Shown one piece after another: positions 1 to 12,041 of a DNA stretch of 64,000 bases. Under the pieces are notes generated by a model. It was given only the letters and a program-made list of their open reading frames with translations. It ran no database searches and was not told the DNA's origin. Source of the DNA: Bugula neritina (lineage: Eukaryota; Animalia; Bryozoa); assembly GCA_964035545.1 (NCBI GenBank), contig OZ037768.1:1302001-1366000 (forward strand). The letters are read 5' to 3'. A program made the position numbers and the translations under genes. Every line of letters begins with the position of its first letter. Within the stretch, counting starts at the first letter, position 1.

Positions 1-212
1 ATTATATCACTACTCAATATTATATTAATACTTAATATTATATCACTACTCAATATTATATCAATATTCAATATTATATCAATATTCAATATTTTATCAA
101 TACTCAATATTATATCAATACTCAATATTATATCAATACTCAATATTATATCAATATTCAATATTATATCAGTACTCAATATTATAACAATATCCAATAT
201 CCAATATCCAAT
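1..212. repeat. Intronic AT-rich minisatellite (~18-bp unit CAATATTATATCAATACT)
   Basis: About 10 degenerate copies visible, followed by CCAATAT x3. Confidence 0.85.
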
Positions 213-331
213 AGAAACTAAACATATCTTAAATAGGCACCAGGTTACAGTTATCACAATAACGCAAACAGCTAATATAAATGATCTTATTGGGTATGTT
301 GAAGAAGCAGGAAGTGAAAAGAGGACCTTAC

Positions 332-3300
332 CCAATCATAAACATCGGCAGAGTCTTCACCCAAACTCCGTTCATTAGCGAACTTAACTTTCCTGGAATA
401 CAACAGAACTCAATACACGAAACCAAAGCCTGAACAGCAAACAAATGAAACAAAACGGAAATGCAAGAGAAATTTCCAAGTCTAAGACTACATACCTTCG
501 CTCATACTGGCGGTCTAAATCATCCAATTGTCTTTCATTCTAAAAGAAAAAAACAAAAACTTATACACCGGACAGAAATGTACTACAAAGCAGTTGGTAG
601 CAAAATTTGGCACTAGATTTGAAATAAGATTGTTAGCTGCCAATGAGTGCCTGTCAGCTGTGAGACACACATTGTACAATTAAACAAGTCAGCCTATTTC
701 CTATTGGCTGATTAGATTGAAGCAGGCGGGTTACAGCAGTGGAGACAACTTTTCAAACAGTGTTCATCTAGGTCAAGGCTGACTCAACACTGCTATGAAG
801 GAGTAAATAGTGAACTCACAGTGTGAAAGAGCCCAGGCTGAGGGTGTGCATTACGACTATTACTTGGTATAGCCTCGGGATCATTCCTCCTCCTACAAAG
901 TTCGCACAGACCTTATTAATGCCAAACTTGAGTCAAAATATTGTACAGAACTTTCTAGAAGAATATTTCACCAACTTCTGTTAATATAAGATAGCCTCAC
1001 AAGACCTTTACTTGACAGAGTTAGGCCACGGTCAACTTAATTCAATGAATAGCCAACTAAGTCAAGTTACGGTTGAGAGAGCAACTCCAAGTATAAGTCA
1101 AATGAGTCATTATTAGATACCCTTTATAACAACTAATAATGAATAAGTGGAAATTCAGATCTCTTTTCAGTCAAATCAACATTTGGACTGGAAGTCACTC
1201 AGATTCAGTAACAAAGTCTATTATAATAAAGATATAAATATTCCCCAGCAGTGGCGCACAACTCCTTTATCTGGTTACTATAATAAAGATAGAATATGTC
1301 TTCATTTTCACCTGTAGGATTGTTCCTGCCTTCGTTTCTCCTCAAGCAGATGCTCGTAACTTGAATTGTTGTGAGCTCGTCTTGGCGACTCTTTAGTGTG
1401 AGAGATAGGATTAGCTGGCTGTGCATGCAAAAATAAATACATTAAGATAAACTCAAGTGACACAGATGATGGTACAAAACTTACCACACTAACAATGAAA
1501 ATACAAATAAACCCAACTGATATAAATGTCATTGAATAGCAGAGAATAACGACAGATGTGTGGCACCTCTTAGACATAAACTGGTCAATGATATCACCGG
1601 TTGTTGTTCACCTTCACAGCAATGCTATAGCTCTAGAGGTTAATTGACAAATGAAAAGCATTTTATTTACTTGTAATAACTCTAAAATTAAATAAAATTG
1701 GTTAAAACTAGGCAACTTTGATATAATCAGTTTATGGCGAATAAACAAATTTTCCAACCAAGTTTATGGCACCTCTACGTACTAAATGTACTTGTACAAA
1801 ATCAAGATGACCAAGTTTATATTCTAAGAGAGATAACTTCACACCTGTGAACAATAACACCAGGTAGTCTAGTAGAGGAGAGAGAGGTGAGGCGTTGAAG
1901 AAAGGCTAGTAGGAGTGGGATCAACAGACACACAGACAGACACACAGACAGACACACAGACAGACACACAGACAGACACACAGACAGACACACAGACAGA
2001 CACACAGACAGACATTAGGTTGATTATTACTGCAGACAAAGCTAACCCATTACAGTAAGATGCAGATAGTAGTTTTAGAAGTCTAATATTAGAGAGTTGT
2101 CCCCCATGCTAACTGGTGCTCATACAACCACACACTCATACTGTGAGATGATAGAATGAGAACTAAATTGCAAGGCAGAACGGGTTAGTTAATCAAATAA
2201 ACTAATGCTTTCTCTAACTTCTGTTACCATTCTTAGTGTACTGTCATATTCAGACCGCCCCTGTATACATAAACATACTGTAAAACTGATATTCAGTATC
2301 ATATGATGAAAACCATAGCCAGTTTCCACCGAGAAAAACTCACAATAACAACTAACAAGTAACAAGTACTGAAACAGAGATGTTAGGCAGGGGGAGTTGT
2401 GATTATATCAAATTAGTGAGCAAAGCACATGTAATCGATGAATCACCGTGTATAAAATAACACATTTATATACTGTCTGAAGGTAATTGCATGACCACTG
2501 CAGAGATTGTATAATAGATATAAGGAGTTATGCTGTACTGTACATATACGGTAGATATGACACACGTGCAGGTATATATGATACAGGTATAGGTATATAT
2601 GATACACGTGCAGGTATATATGATACAGGTATAGGTATATATGACACACGTGCAGGTATATATGACACACGTGCAGGTATATATGACACACGTGCAGGTA
2701 TATATAACAAACGTGCAGGTATATATGATACAAGTGCAGGTAAACTACCTGAGGATATTGCTCAACTGGTAGGCCCTTCTTGTCTGCAAATCGGTTGTTC
2801 CTTTTCTGCTCCTCGGCCCTCAAAAACTCATTATATTCAGCATTTCTCTGCCTTGCCTTGATGTGGGTGGCTGACGGATGATCTCGCAGTCCAGGTATCA
2901 CACTCTCTCCAGTATCATTGTGACGCCCTGCTCTGTGTCCCTCCGCCTGTGGTAATACCCCAACACTCTAACCACCAGTTGCTGCATGCTTACAGTTATA
3001 TACAGCTTTAAATCTTTCATCAACAAGTAATCCTTGCAAACTGGTCACCAGTTGACAATTTCCTCTAAACAAAGAAATGAGACTCAGCACAAACCTGAGA
3101 AAGCTTTTTGTTGTACTCGTTGTGTCGCTCCACGTCCAGCACTTTTCGTCTCGTCTCGTATTGACCTAACTTTGAGAATATTCCGGTATTCTCATTGCCA
3201 TCCTCGCCATGAAGTGGACTCTACAATGTACCAGTTACAACGCACTGATATGTACCAGTTACTACACACTGACATGTACCAGTTACTACACACTGACATG

Positions 3301-4432
3301 TACCAGTTACAACACACTGATATGTACCAGTTACAACACACTGATATGTACCAGTTACAACACACTGATATGTACCAGTTACTACACACTGATATGTGCC
3401 AGTTACTACACACTGATATGTACCAGTTACTACACACTGATATGTACCAGTTACTACACACTGATATGTGCCAGTTACTACACACTGATATGTGCCAGTT
3501 ACTACACACTGATATGTGCCAGTTACTACACACTGATATGTACCAGTTACAACACACTGATATGTACCAGTTACTACACACTGATATGTGCCAGTTACAA
3601 CACACAACCACAATGGGTTTATACATGATTTAGTAAACAGCTTTAGAAGGGTGATAGCAATAGATTATTCAAAACTTAACATATTATATGTTTGAGTTAT
3701 TAGTCAAGTTGAACACACAAACCATAAAGCACTAAACTATATTGAGTACTTCAGTTACCACTAAAACATATTAAATAGAGAGTCAATATTCAATGTATGG
3801 CTGCTTTAGAATGAAATAAACACTCAGGAATTCGCACCGACTTCACTGGTTGAGTTCTGGCATTATATTCTCTTTTTCTTTCCTCATTCAATAGTTTCCG
3901 CTTTTCATCATAATCTCCAAATGGTAATAAACTGGAAGAAGTTTGTTTAGAGGGTTTGTTTGTAGGAGCTGGTGAAGTTTGTAGTTTTTGTTCTGTAGCA
4001 CCATTTACCTGGGTATCATATATCTAAAGAATTTTCATAAAATTTATCTGACATTGTAACTTTAGACTAAATATTTATATTATGAGTAAGATTGAAATAA
4101 AATCAAAAACAAGAATGAGCCTTTGATATAAAACTAAAGACCTTAGAGATTAGTGCTATATAAAAACATTCAATATAAGTCACAATGTAATTTACTTTTT
4201 ACATTACAACTTTGCATTAGTATTTATTCATTTAAAACATGCTTTACAAGTATTTTAGCAAAAATATAGTAAATTAATAATGATCGTAAAACGCAACTGT
4301 TTGTCGGTTTTCTGGTTGTGATTTTGAGTGTTGATAAATTCCATCTCTCTCTTGGGCCAGCTTTTGCTTCTGAAGCTGAATAAAAGCATCTATATCATTC
4401 TCCGTTCCCATCTTGTGCTCTACACCTGACAT
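332..4432 (-). CDS. CSPP1: Centrosome and spindle pole-associated protein 1-like, 5' portion (continues off the left edge)
   Basis: Phase-consistent GT-AG exons 4298-4432, 3838-4023, 3095-3220, 2749-2946, 1312-1418, 820-892, 496-539, 332-392. N-terminus DIDAFIQLQKQKLAQER and LPFGDYDEKRKLLNEERKREYN resemble the CSPP1 N-terminal coiled-coil motifs as I recall them ([37 protein letters not shown]). No stop codon within the window. Confidence 0.7.
1925..2013. repeat. Compound microsatellite (ACAGACAGACAC)n
   Basis: About 7 near-perfect 12-bp units in a CSPP1 intron. Confidence 0.9.
2552..2742. repeat. 21-bp minisatellite (ATATATGACACACGTGCAGGT), ~9 copies
   Basis: Tandem units; begins a few nt inside the CSPP1 donor at 2747-2748. 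Confidence 0.9.
3226..3604. repeat. 24-bp minisatellite (ATGTACCAGTTACTACACACTGAT), ~16 copies
   Basis: Tandem units ending a few nt from the CSPP1 acceptor at 3221-3222; source of four overlapping repetitive ORFs. Confidence 0.95.
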
Positions 4433-5308
4433 ATTTACTAAATTATACAGCAAAAAACCAGCAAGCTCATACAAGTAGAGCTAGGTAAAGTATTGAAGAG
4501 AAATTAGGAAAAGCCTGTGTTCTACATAAAAACTTCACAGAAGTTATTTTTGTGAGACTTTCAAAATGCATCCCAAACCGAAATTTATAGACAATTGGAA
4601 ATATTTCTGCAATTATTTTTCATCTTTCATGTTTAACTTTGCATGCTGGCTATAGGTTAATTCAATGCTTAGTAGTAATACTGGAAAGAAGTGTAACTGT
4701 AATTGTTGCGGTTAATTTACTGAAAATCAAATAGGTTTGAGCAACTTTTACAGAAAGTGAATTTGCCTATATTAAACTTTAATTTATTGCTTCTAATTAC
4801 ACAACACAAAACCATTCTTTACTGAGTTAGCAATTGACAACTTTGGCAACCACATATCTTATAGGAATACAAATAAAATCTTGATTTTTAGATCAATTAT
4901 CCACCATGAAAAGTTAAGACTATGACTATTATAGCCATATTAATACTAGCAGTAACTTTGATGATAGTTGAACAAAAAGTAAAAACTTAGAGTGATAAGA
5001 CATACTAATACTAATAGTAATAGTCAAACTCAATTACAATGGAGAAACTTAGACATTATGATTACAGACTTATAAATTGCAAGTTATAATAATAATAAAA
5101 CTCATACAGATATTCATATTGACACTAACTTTAACATTGACATCCAAATTTAAAATAAGGCCCAAAGTCAGTACAAATATATTAGCCTTAAACTCAAGTA
5201 AAAAGCAATTAAATAGTATCAATAAAACATTCCATTGTAAATTTAAATTAAAACTGATATTATTACGTCTACACTTGTGGTTTACAAACTCTAAGTTTCA
5301 CTTATCTC

Positions 5309-5447
5309 ACAGTCACTACTTAGTCTTAATACTTACTAATAGTAATTAATTACCAAGTAATAGTTGTGTCACTAACAGTAGCACAACTATTACTTGGTAA
5401 TTAATTACTATTAGTATTAGTAAGTATTAAGACTAAGTAGTGACTGT
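5309..5447. repeat. Long inverted repeat (60-bp stem, 13-nt loop)
   Basis: 5309-5368 is the reverse complement of 5382-5447 apart from one 6-nt insertion (ATTAGT). Confidence 0.9.
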
Positions 5448-7234
5448 AGTGTTAGTGAGTGAGTTACTCACACTCAATCTGAGTCTCACAGTCACTGTCA
5501 GAGTACCATTCAAAATTCATTTATTTTTATTTTAAATCAAGGTCTTTTTATTTTTCAATCTACTTTACTTCTTAGTCTAACAGTTATTATACTTACAGTT
5601 ACTTGTAGTTGTTACTTCTAGTCATTAGTCTAATCAGATTAGTGATTACTGATTAGTGGAAGTGCTACACTTACTCTTAGTCTTACAGTTACTGTCAGTG
5701 TTAGTCATAGTGTCCATACTGTCACTTTTAGTCTGAGTCTAACATTCACTTTTAGTGTTACACTTTACTAATACCAAATATCAATATTTTATTATTTACA
5801 CTTAGTCTTACAGTTAGTGTTACAGACTGAGACTGAAACTTGAATTTAAAGCAAACAATCACAATGATTCCGGACAATGTTACTGTCAGTTGATTAAACG
5901 TATACTTCATCATACATGCTAACTCGGTTTAAATATTTAAAAACTTCAGTAATTGAATACCGGTAAAAAATTAAAGTAATTGAGAAAAGTTAAAAAATAG
6001 AGGGAAAGCACAATTCTAATTTGAAATTCTTAGACTTAGCATGCAAGATAGAGATTTGTTTATAGTTGGTATGCGCAACGCAAATAACTTCGGATGCAAT
6101 TGACCTCTTCAGATCTTTATCAACTATGACATCGCCTTGCAATTTAGAGGCTATTGTATAATATACATAATTTAGAAAAGATAACTCTATAAACAATAAA
6201 ATTTTGAGATTCTATGAAATAATAGTGTTTCCCCCAATGAACTCAATTAATATTATCTTTTCCAGCTCAGTGGTTTCCCCAATACAAGTATGCTACAAAT
6301 CATAGAATACTCATTCTGGCAATTTTATGATATACAATTTTCAGAATAAAGGATCTCATCTCAACCAGTTCCTATTTGTGACCAGTGTAGGCTGCATAAG
6401 TGCTTGTGTTTTTAGTGACAGTTTTGCAGAAGGTATTAATATACATTGTGCGTTGATTGCTACTGTTTATGCTAACAAAGTCATTTTTTTGCAGACTACA
6501 TATCTTTAGCATAAATTTGTTAAACCTAGTTCCCAAAACTGACAATTTTATCAATGAAGGGAAGAAAAGCAGCACACAGTTGATTAAGTCAAGGCTAGCT
6601 ACATGCAACTGCACCACACTTTGCCATCATTGATTAAAGCATATTTTGCATCGTGAATTTTTCTAATATTTTCAATAGTTCATAAATTTGAAGTAAACTG
6701 CATATTTCACCATAAGTATTATTTGCATTTCTTGATAAACTATATAACATATTTATAACATTTATGCCTCTGACATCCAATCACCTAGATTCTACATAAC
6801 TAGCAAATCAATAGCTTCATGCTTTTAGTCACTTTTTCTAGAATAACCGATTTTAGAAAAGGTTTCATTAAATTTATTACAAATATCTGCAGTTTGTATA
6901 AAAATATATAAAAAAGGCATCATTCATATCATCTAAAAACTGAAGTAATACTCTCTGAAGTAATAGAAGTCAATAAGAAAGCATCAGAAGTGAAGGAGCC
7001 GCAATGCGACATTTTGACCGGCAAGATGCATTGAGCTCCACAGAGTAACGGTAAAGCATCACATACATGGTATGTGGAAGTTTGAAAATTACTAACACTA
7101 GTTTAAAATATCTATAAACTATATAAAATATATAATATATAGATTGATAACAAAATAATAATACACAGTATTTACATGATTTATAATAATATATTAGAAC
7201 TGAGAGTAAAGAAGCTGCCAATTTGTATAGAAAG

Positions 7235-10200
7235 TTAGTACAGGGAAACAGGAGAGACCTGGAGAATGGCCCGGCCGTGGATAGAACAGTCTGAAAGACC
7301 TTGGAACACTTGGTCTGCCTCATCCAACTTGAAAGTGTTGAACTCTGGCACTGATATCTACAAGTCACCATTATTTACATTGTTATATAAAGTGTATCAG
7401 ACATCTAGCAGATGGTAAAACAAACTTGGTGCAAAATTGTTATGAGAAGTTGTCTTCTCAGGAAAAACAACTCCAAATACGCCACAGTTGACTTTGTTAC
7501 TATAATTATTGCTCTTATACTGGACACCAACATCTTTTCTCTTTTTTATTCAGATGCCTAACTAAAACCATGTTAGATATCAAATTAATCTATTATCATA
7601 AACCAATAGTAACTTTATTAAACACTCTTTGAGATTTGCTAACTTCACCCATCACTATATTTGAATAAAGATGTTTGCAAAAAATAATCCTTTAGAATTT
7701 CTTTGTTGTGCGATTGAATAACAAGTACCTGGTGATAAATCAGGCATTGAAATTCTAACTATTCAGGTTTACAAAGCAAGTATCAAATGGCAGGTTTGAA
7801 ATGATAAGAATCATAAGACACCCACCATGCCAGTAGAGACAAGCTGGATAAGGCGAAGTAACTCCTCCCTTGTACCCTTCCTCACTCCAATGACCACCTG
7901 CTCTTTCTTAGCCAACTCAGATATGTTCATCTCAACGGTGTGCTGGGAGTTACCTCCCACGACTAGCACTCCTCTCTAAAACAGATGACATGAGAGTTTA
8001 TAACGTGACAGCAGGACTGAGTGAGTCACACAAAAGCCTTTTTGTTGGCAGAGTCTAGCTTTTAGACACATTTAACCTTGAACAGCAGTTAACCAGCATT
8101 AAAAACTGAAAATGTAAGTTAAACTAGCACTAGAGGTCACATGTGTGAATGATTAGCAGGTCAACTGTACAACTGCTTATCAAATAGATAACATCAGTAG
8201 AAGCACAACTATAACTATATCAAACCTAGTTCTACTGCTACTACTACTACTACTGTTAGTGGTGCAATGCTGCTGCTACTACTGTTAGTAGTACTGCTAC
8301 AGTTCTACTAACACTTCAACTAGAGTTACTGCCGGTTACTATATTTCTTATCAAGAGCAAAGATGTAGATTTTTGGTTAGTTTCAGTTTTAAAACCTTTA
8401 TTTAGGAAATTGAATTTGAAGCATTTCAGTTTTTTTCCAGTAGAAAACTTCTCAAATCTCATATTATAGATGATTGCCACTAAGATGGCTCTACTAACAC
8501 AACCAACATATCGCGGCTACTTCGTTACTCAACTGCCTTTCCAGTTTAGTTCTCAACGTAGTGATTGCACTGACTGTAGACATCAGTTAAGGAAGTCTCA
8601 CCTCATTAAGAAACTTGGTAGCCCGGGAGATAGTCCGTGGTGAACTGACAAAGTCAATTACCACGTCAATCCCATCAGGACACACATCCTTAGTTCTCTC
8701 TATAACTTGCTCCTCGTAACAATCTCTAGGCCAATGAACAACGCTGTAACATCCATGTTTCTTAGCAACTGTCAACTTCTCGCTCTAAGAACAACAAGGA
8801 AGTTGACTCATCAAAGATGGGGCGGAGCTTGTTTTCACATATGATATGTAATATATTATACTTAGGTGAAGACATTAGTGTAAAGTGAAACACAATTGAC
8901 AGTGTGTTGACATTGTCATTACTCATAGTCTAGTTGTACAAAAAAAAAACAGAATAAGACTGTGGTGAGGTGATGTGGCCAGTGTAGGCTATCCTGATAC
9001 ACACATATCTTGCTAGTCGAAGAAATTACTCTCAAAAACTTGCATTAAATTACCTGAATTACATTAAATTACTTACATGAAACTATATAATATTAGAATA
9101 CATTACATGAAACTATATACCATTAAATTACACTACATAATTGTGGATTAATGTTCTCTTACTCAGCTCACAATAGTGTTCACTTGTAAAAAGCTATTCT
9201 ATCAATTTCTCTTTATTTTATTTTTCTCTGACAACTTCCAGAGTAAATTTAATCTCAACACAATAAATCATAGTATGCAATACCAAACTAGTAACAGACT
9301 ACAATACCATATTATGTAATAAAATTATGTTATTGTAGTCCCTTCTTAGCACTTGTTAAATATACCAATTTATGACTTACGTTTGTGTCAGCTACGATAA
9401 CTTTGACATTTCTATCACAAGTTCCTACGGGTCCAGTGAGATGGGACGCCATTATGGTGGCCCACAGTCCTAGTCCGCCAGCACCGACCACAAGTAAATT
9501 ACATTTACCTGCAAACACAGTCTGCATTGTGTACATATACATATAAACAGGAGACAACATTCATACTTGTTATTTACTAAGATGTTAGAGTTCCAGTCCA
9601 AGACCTGTTTACTTGTTGATATGACTATATCCCCAAACACAATGATATCTCAGTTTATATATACATAGATATACAGTTGTTGTATTTATCACCTACGGCC
9701 CTTTGAGCTGGGCTAAGCCCTCTGAATTGGGCTAGTGAATAATTAAGAGCAATGAACCTATTAATCATAATATGGGAAGACCACAACATATCAACAACAA
9801 ATCCTGGAAGCAGGTTATTTTAGTTGGATCCAAGCATACATTCTATCAAAACAATGTAATGAAGCAAACATAAGTTTGTAAAGCTTGTAAACCAAGTCGA
9901 ATTGTTAGAAAATTTACTTAGCTGGCTTCACTATTGGTTGACCTAGTTTTTTTAATACCTGACCTAATTCTACCAGTAGCTACTATATTTTTAATATTAC
10001 TTGACCTACTTTTACTAATAGTGAAATTAACACTATAAGTTGACCTTTTTTTCAATAGCAGTATAGGAGTAAGTTGACCTAATTCTATATAATCTGACCT
10101 ACCTTTGCGTTGCTCGCAGTCCTGTATATAGGGTCGGGCTCGAAGGCATGCAGTGTATGCAGTGAGACCTCCATTGGGGAGTAAAGCACCAATCTCTAGA

Positions 10201-12041
10201 CTAATATCATCAGGTAGGGGAATTGCATTCTCCGGGTTTTTTATAATAACATACTCTGTGTACCTGTGATCAGGGAGAGACTGCTGTTAGTTTAAAGTGT
10301 ACAACATTCTTAGTATATATACAACATTATCCATAGCCTATATTAATGCGAAACTGAAATTATTGGTCTTGTGTAGCCTCTAAGTCTACTATATATACAT
10401 ATACATATACAGTTAACTATGAGCGGATAAATTCCACTTGCTTTACGGTACAGAAAAACAGTAGGGGACGTTTCCCTCACCCACCCGTTGTCAAAGCCAA
10501 TATCCTCCTCCTGGTACAGAAGAACTTTGTCTCCACAGCGCAGCTTGGTGTCAACATCTGGGCCTATCTCATCCACTATCCCTGAGATTTCATACCCTAA
10601 AATAATTCAATAAATAATATACACTTTATTATAATATAATATTACATAGTACACATAAATCATGATAAAGTATATAATATTATTACATCAGATGATGCAA
10701 TACCTGTCTGTCTATTGGCATAAAAGTATATCAAATAATTTACTGCAACTTCCACGCAATGACTTGCCAACAGGAAACTCGAGAACAAATTGCCCAATCA
10801 GCATTCAGGAATTTATAGTTTTTATAAATGCTAATAGTCAAATATTAGTAAAGCTCTACAGGCCTTTATAACTTCCCTTATAAGCTGTGGAACCATCATG
10901 TCCTGCTAATGCTTATTATATTTAGAGAAGACAGCTTTACAAAGTTCTACTGTGGGCATACACTCCAATATAATCTTTTTGTGAGAAACTTCAATTACAG
11001 CAAGATGATAAAATATAGAGAAATGTTAGCAAAACTCAGAAAATGGAAAAACCATTTCCCCACATTACACAGTGAGGATTCTATTGTAAATCACCATAAA
11101 GATTATAGTTGGATATATGCATTTGGGAAAACGCAGGAATAATTTAGCCTTGCAAACTGACATGCTATCAGAGATTGTGTCTGCATTACTAATGCTGGCC
11201 TCACCACCCTATTTGAGTGAGATAAGGAGCACAGGCTCATAGAGTGAGAGCATGGCTACACGCAGTACCTGGAAACAGGGACGTGTCCATCAGCCCCTTA
11301 TTCCTCACAGAATTTCTTTTTCTTTGAGTGTCAGGAGAGCACACACCGGCAAAGCACACCTAGCAAATGTCACCATATTATAGAACACAAGTTAAATGAC
11401 TAAATTTTACTCTTCTGTTTACTTGCAACGATATAAATATTGATATTAATGATAAGTTACCAGCGCTTTAGCATAGACTAGTTATTATGAATGCTAGTTT
11501 TAGTTTACAATGTAACAGTGTAATGTGTAATATTATATAACATAAGAAAAATGTGTAGGTTGGTTCAAAGGGTAGCATTGTAGGTTACTAATAATGTTGT
11601 TATCTACATAATATGATCTAACAAACATCCAGGGTAGTGTAATCATGGATAAATTCTTGGGTGTGCAAATCTTTGCGCATAATAATTCCTAAATTAGTTC
11701 AAAACGCCAACCTTATGCCACTTCATTGCAGTCTTAATGCACGAAAGTAGAGCATTAATTTTGGAATTATTTGCATCAATTTATTATTCATTCAGTGATT
11801 TTTAACTATTACAAAATATGTCAACATATTAAGTGTATTCCAGTCAAAGCTCCTAAGTGAAATGCTAAATCATCCCACAGAATGAGAGAAAGGAGGGATA
11901 ACTCACCCTGAGTCGAATACAACTGGCCGGAAGTTCTGGAAGGGGCTCATTCTTTGAGACTTGGAACTTGGTAGAGCAGACCATGTTCTTGTCGATACTG
12001 GTCATTCTAACCATCTTCCTCTGAGCAGGGGCTGCAGGCAT
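7235..12041 (-). CDS. Medium-chain dehydrogenase/reductase (alcohol dehydrogenase-like), ~360 aa, canonical Zn ligands altered
   Basis: Exons 11907-12041, 11269-11359, 10485-10596, 10103-10263, 9381-9508, 8602-8784, 7826-7975, 7235-7357 (1083 nt, in frame). Motifs: FAGVCSPD, PGYEISGIVDEIG (GroES-like GHE motif variant), GDKV, LLVVGAGGLG (Rossmann), VIVAD, GIDVVIDFV, C-terminal GRAIL. Confidence 0.85.

Noticed and set aside
2487-2861. GIYDTRA-repeat ORF and related repeat ORFs (also 20748-21127, 33131-34217, 62641-62901)
   Set aside because: Intronic tandem-repeat translations with no independent gene structure.
3034-3633. Four overlapping repetitive ORFs, including Cys-rich ones
   Set aside because: 24-bp minisatellite inside a CSPP1 intron; open in several frames on both strands.
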